A DNA stretch of 64,000 nucleotides, taken from assembly GCA_964016885.1 (NCBI GenBank), contig OZ024745.1, positions 70,866,001-70,930,000 on the forward strand, in the 5' to 3' direction. The notes below the pieces were generated by a model. The model saw only the letters and a list, made by a program, of their open reading frames with translations. It did not search any database and had not been told where the DNA came from. Position numbers and translations under genes: made by a program. How positions within the stretch are numbered: the first letter of the stretch is position 1; each line of letters starts with the position of its first letter. Below are positions 59,149 to 64,000 of this stretch, piece by piece. The stretch comes from Eledone cirrhosa (taxonomy: Eukaryota).

Positions 59149-59308
59149 GTGTATGTACAAGGGGTACATCTTAGTAGCGGTGTATGTACAAGGGGTACAT
59201 CTTAGTAGCGGTGTATGTACAAGGGGTATAATCTTAGTAGCGGTGTATGTACAAGGGGTACATCTTAGTAGTGGTGTATGTACAAGGGGTATATATTAGT
59301 AGCGGTGT
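59149..59308. repeat. 31-bp minisatellite (~5 copies)
   Basis: gtgtatgtacaaggggtacatcttagtagcg repeated. Confidence 0.95.
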
Positions 59309-59619
59309 TTGTAGAAACATATTTGGTACAAATACTCGCCATTTCAGAGGTTCTCTATGCAGATTCCCAGATTGGTCGGCAACAGTCAGGGAATGCAATC
59401 AATATTAAAACATCGATGTCAGAGTGCCGAATCATGAGAGTGTATAACCCATAACAGCCCTCTTTCTATTTATGTATATATATATATATATATATATGTA
59501 GAGAGGGGTGTATGTGTATGTGAATGTATATGTATGTGCGTGTAAGTATGTATGTTGGCTGATATTGTTCATATAAATAACATAGCCTCTTCTTTCTCTA
59601 TCTCTCTCTTTCATACTCT

Positions 59620-59717
<98 letters not shown>

Positions 59718-59836
59718 TCTCTCTCTACTGCATGATTGAAGAAGTAGGGTCGGTATAATTATACACATAAACACAGTTTAAAATTTCCCCTTGAGTAATA
59801 ATTATTATAGCCACGAAAGTAATAATACTAATTATT

Positions 59837-59871
<35 letters not shown>

Positions 59872-59954
59872 TTAATTATGATAATAATTCTTCATTAGAA
59901 CGTTAATTTTACGTTCATATTGTAGTTAACATATGTACATTATTATATATATAT

Positions 59955-60143
59955 GGCGGAGAATTGGCAGTATCCGTAGAGGGTCGGACGCCATGCTTTG
60001 CAGCATAGTTACGTCCCTTTACGGACTGAGTTCAAATCCCGCCGAGGTTAACTTTGCCTTTCATCCTTACGGGGTCGATAAAATAATGTACCAGTAATGC
60101 ACTGGATAATTGCTGGCCTTGTGCCTAAAGTAGAAACAATTCT
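59955..60143 (+). mobile_element. Full-length young SINE copy
   Basis: Family match; TSD attattatatatatat (59939-54) / attcttatatatatat (60139-54). Confidence 0.9.
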
Positions 60144-60177
60144 TATATATATATATATATATACATATATATATGTG

Positions 60178-60246
<69 letters not shown>

Positions 60247-60603
60247 ATATGGTCAATACATTAGATATATAGCGGTAACGGTTTAACCGGTAAACAAAAT
60301 GCTTACCAGCATTTAGTTATCTCCCTTTACGACCTAAATTTATAATCCCGCCGAAGTATAAAATTGGCTTTTTTTTCTTTTCGTAAATTCAGTTCAAATA
60401 CTGATGTCAAAATAATCGATCATTCCCGCCTCCATCTACAAATCACTAGGGCTTTGTGTGTGCACAAATTAAAAATCAGAATAGTTTATACATTATTGAG
60501 ATGTGTCTTGTGACTCGTTTTCAATATAATTATATTGCTTTAGTTTCATAACGCAACTTAAACACCATTTCAAAGTTCCAAAACGTGGTACATTATATAT
60601 ATA

Positions 60604-60880
60604 TATATTAATAAGAGGAATTCCAACTTTGTCTGATTTATTCTCGTTTTATTTACAATCCTTTAAAATTTATAATGGTATTATAATAAAATAATATGAT
60701 AGAATATTAAATGTTAAGTTTTAATTAACACTTAACATTTAATATTCTATCATACTATTTCATTATAATACCATTATAAATTTTAAAGGATTGTAAATAA
60801 AACGAGTAAATCAGACAAAGTTGGAATTCCTCTTATTAATATAATCTTCTATACACAATCATACACACCCGTGTATATTT
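60604..60880 (+). mobile_element. Foldback (~115-bp arms, 10-nt loop) plus short tail next to (TA)n
   Basis: 60604-60719 is the reverse complement of 60730-60843 with a few mismatches or indels. Confidence 0.8.
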
Positions 60881-61173
60881 ATCTATCTCTCTCTCTATAT
60901 ATATATGTATATCATTTTTATAATACCAATCACAATCAGAACCACCTCCGCTGTTTGAGCCCCTTGGCAGGATGAACCCCCTTAATATATTGAGATTGTC
61001 AGTACTATTCTTTGCTCATGAAACATCAGTAAGAGGCATTTTTGTTGAGCCCTCTAGCTTTAGGTTGCTTAACTGAGACACTACTCCTAGGATATGATGT
61101 TTGTGCAGTTTGTTTTACTTTATTTAGATTAATTCAGCGGATCCACCTGTTGGTTATTCTCTATTTTTGTTTA

Positions 61174-61233
<60 letters not shown>

Positions 61234-61254
61234 ATGTATGTATGTATATATATT

Positions 61255-61594
61255 ATGATCCCTTAGCCTTTGTCAAGGCAGAATTCTAGAAGGAAAACTC
61301 TGAAATAACACCTGCAACCCTGATGGTATCCAATGATGTTGACTTGTTCTTCTTTTTGGTAAATATCATCTTGGTTAAGAGAGTGGGACTGGCCTTGTGC
61401 AGTGCCTTTGCTCACTATAAAAGCTTCACGGCACAGGCATTGCTTTATATCTGGAGATCTCTCTGCAGTTGTCGTCACATGGTACCATGGGCCCAGCACT
61501 ATGTGTCAATGATTGTCACAAGTGTAGTGTTTGTACCAGAGTTTTCAAGTCGCTGGCTGGACTAAAAAGTCACACTCGTTCAGCGCATCGGTAG
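61255..61594 (+). mobile_element. Internal fragment of the 11301-11909 element
   Basis: Near-identical reverse complement of about 11360-11703 (ORF-track peptides 11456..11695 and 61263..61499 nearly match). Confidence 0.9.
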
Positions 61595-62121
61595 AGCGTA
61601 ACTTCCGAGTTAACTGATGGTAGAAGGTAATATGAGTATATGGTGTTGGAAATATACTGTTTACTGAACTTGATAAATAAAAATATTATAAACATAAATA
61701 TTTATGAAGAATTTACCTTGTTTGGTGGGTAAGCAACTCTCACCTATCCTATCCAGAAAATATGGCCATTCAACACTGACACTTAAAGATGGCAGCTGGT
61801 GTCAACTATGATATTCATTCTCTTAACTCGGATTTCAAGATTATCAGTTCGGGATTGCTTTTGATCTGTACTCCGCAAAATATAGATAAAAACAACGGCA
61901 ACAAAATAACAACGACAAATATGACAGCAATAACAAAAACAACAAACCCTTGTGTGCCATTTACTGCTGGTATAAAACAAATGGACCTCCGTCGTTCTCA
62001 ATGTGGCGTGTTCCAGTCACCTCATTTCATTTCACTGACCCTGTTGAGTCTAACTTCCATAACACTTCAACCACACACTTCAGCCAAATTCCAAACTTTA
62101 TCGATATATCTGCAACTCTTT

Positions 62122-62420
62122 TGTGAAGACGCTTGGCTAATTGGTTAGTGTGTTCAGTAGCCGGGGGTAAGGTCATGAGTTTTAGTGCTGGCGGTGCATG
62201 GTGTCTTTGAGCATGACATTTGGTTTCCGTCAGATGGAAACAATAAGCTGTAACTGTAAATCAAAGGGTCAGACTTATTGCACACTGATTCTCCCTGAGA
62301 ACTTTGTCAATGATACACACACGTGTCTGTGGAATCCTCAGTCACTTACCCGTTAATTTTACGTACAAGCTGTTCCGTTGCTTGAACAACTAAAAGAAGC
62401 TCATCGTGTGAACCGACGAA
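62122..62420 (+). mobile_element. Diverged tRNA/CORE-type SINE
   Basis: gtgaagacgcttggctaattggttag...gtctttgagcatgacattt...; a second partial copy lies at 62622-62730. Confidence 0.6.
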
Positions 62421-62881
62421 AGATCCACATAACTCACTGAAATTCTCTGTAGCTCTCCATGGTTTCCTTTCAATCATCAGCTGCATAAATTCAAGCAGAA
62501 CATGAACTGCATTGACTTCACCAATCTCCTGGGAATAACATGGAATGGAAAAATAACACGAAAATACGTCATCAGAAATATAGACACATGTCTATATTGG
62601 AAAAGAGTTATTGTAATATTCCGCAGTGGTTGGCGTGTTTGGCTCATGATCATAAGAATACTTACAGTGTTATGTGTTGTCTCCTTGAGCCAGGCACTTC
62701 ACTTCACGCTGTTCAAGTTTACTCCGCTGAGTATCAACGGCAGTATAGAAAAGTGTTGTGCCCTCATTCCGTAAAAGCAACGCTAGTTACAGCTTTCCAA
62801 CGTCCCATTCAGTGGATTCCTTGCATTCTGGAGGTAGAGTAAATATCACAAAGGACTTTGTTCGTTTTAATTTCACACACG

Positions 62882-62978
<97 letters not shown>

Positions 62979-63080
62979 TTTTTTTTAGATAGATAGACAG
63001 GTAGGTAGGTAGTAGGTTGGTAGGTAAATAGTTAGTTAATTAGGTAGGTACGTACGTAGGTAAATAGATAGATAGATACA

Positions 63081-63381
63081 TATGTTTCTTTATTAGCCAC
63101 AGGGGCACAAAAGAAGGGGACAAGTACAAAGGGGGAAGTTTACATACAATAAAAACGTGTAAAATATTATCACAAATGCAATTGAAAAGATAATCGATTT
63201 TCCCCAATAGGGGGAGACATTGAATATGGGTAACACATACCCCCGAAAAAATGTGCAACCCTCATCTCCAGGAGTACGAAAAGTTTGTACCCCTTTCCTC
63301 TCTTCCTTCTTTTCCTCAACCTACAGGCTGATATAGAGAGAAGGCCCATTCACTCGGGCCATTCTCGCCACTTTCACCCAC
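63081..63381 (-). mobile_element. 5'-truncated L1/Tx1-like LINE 3' end in (GATA)n
   Basis: Minus strand: ORF tail WVKVARMARVNGPSLYISL* (63380-63321), ~240-nt 3'UTR ending gtggctAATAAAgaaac, flanked by (TATC)n. Clade assignment is from recall. Confidence 0.6.
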
Positions 63382-63382
63382 G

Positions 63383-63425
<43 letters not shown>

Positions 63426-63690
63426 ACCCCGTGGTTTAGAAACAAAACTATACTTATCCCTACACACTAGAGACTTTCATCTTCAGCTAGTATCTTTCTA
63501 GAAAATTAATATGGCGATAACATTGTATATAACTTTCTTTCCTACAAATTATCACAACAAAATGTGTGACAGGTTTGTTTATAAAAGCTGTGTACCGTGA
63601 AATATATTACGGTATCAACGTCTATGATTTCTGTATTGTTGTGCATACACTGTATTAATTATGCGCATGTGCACACCTATATACAAACGC

Positions 63691-63749
<59 letters not shown>

Positions 63750-63817
63750 TTTAATATATATATATATATGTGTGTGTGTTTATATATATATATATATGAT
63801 ATATACATATATGTATT

Positions 63818-63867
<50 letters not shown>

Positions 63868-64000
63868 TGTGTGTGTGTGTGGGTCTATATCGTTTTAATC
63901 AGTATGTTGCTATAGTAGAACAAACCTGCCAGATGCGCAGTATAGTGGGATCAAACTCAGAAAGTTTCAAAGCTAACTTCTTAAAGTCACAAATACAATA

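Noticed and set aside
59149-59308. CRISPR-like 31-bp repeats
   Set aside because: No spacers; an ordinary minisatellite.
62450-62485. Hammerhead on the minus strand (CTGATGA...GAAACCATGG)
   Set aside because: No stem II, no UH triplet and no helix I complementarity.

Overview
AT-rich eukaryotic non-coding DNA saturated with microsatellites ((TA)n, (TG)n, (AG)n, (TATG)n, (GATA)n, trinucleotides). The repeat families resemble those I recall from coleoid cephalopods (Octopus-like); this is inferred from memory, not searched. I cannot support any intact protein-coding gene: almost all listed ORFs are translations of simple repeats. The interspersed content comprises many tRNA-derived SINEs (a young ~185-bp family with clear target-site duplications, plus older CORE-type copies), RTE- and Tx1-like LINE fragments, Tc1/mariner-, piggyBac- and hAT-like MITEs, and a 54-bp (3x18) minisatellite. 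The most interesting signal is a set of short unique 'islands' embedded in (TA)n tracts. Several carry type I hammerhead-ribozyme motifs (best at 10808-10893 and 19690-19778; degenerate or half motifs at 11029, 10501, 37248 and 37365). Four islands share the layout (TA)n - long near-perfect foldback palindrome - unique tail - (TA)n. I interpret these as remnants of TA-targeting, ribozyme-bearing Penelope-like retroelements or non-autonomous derivatives. In one case the foldback centre coincides with the predicted hammerhead stem II.
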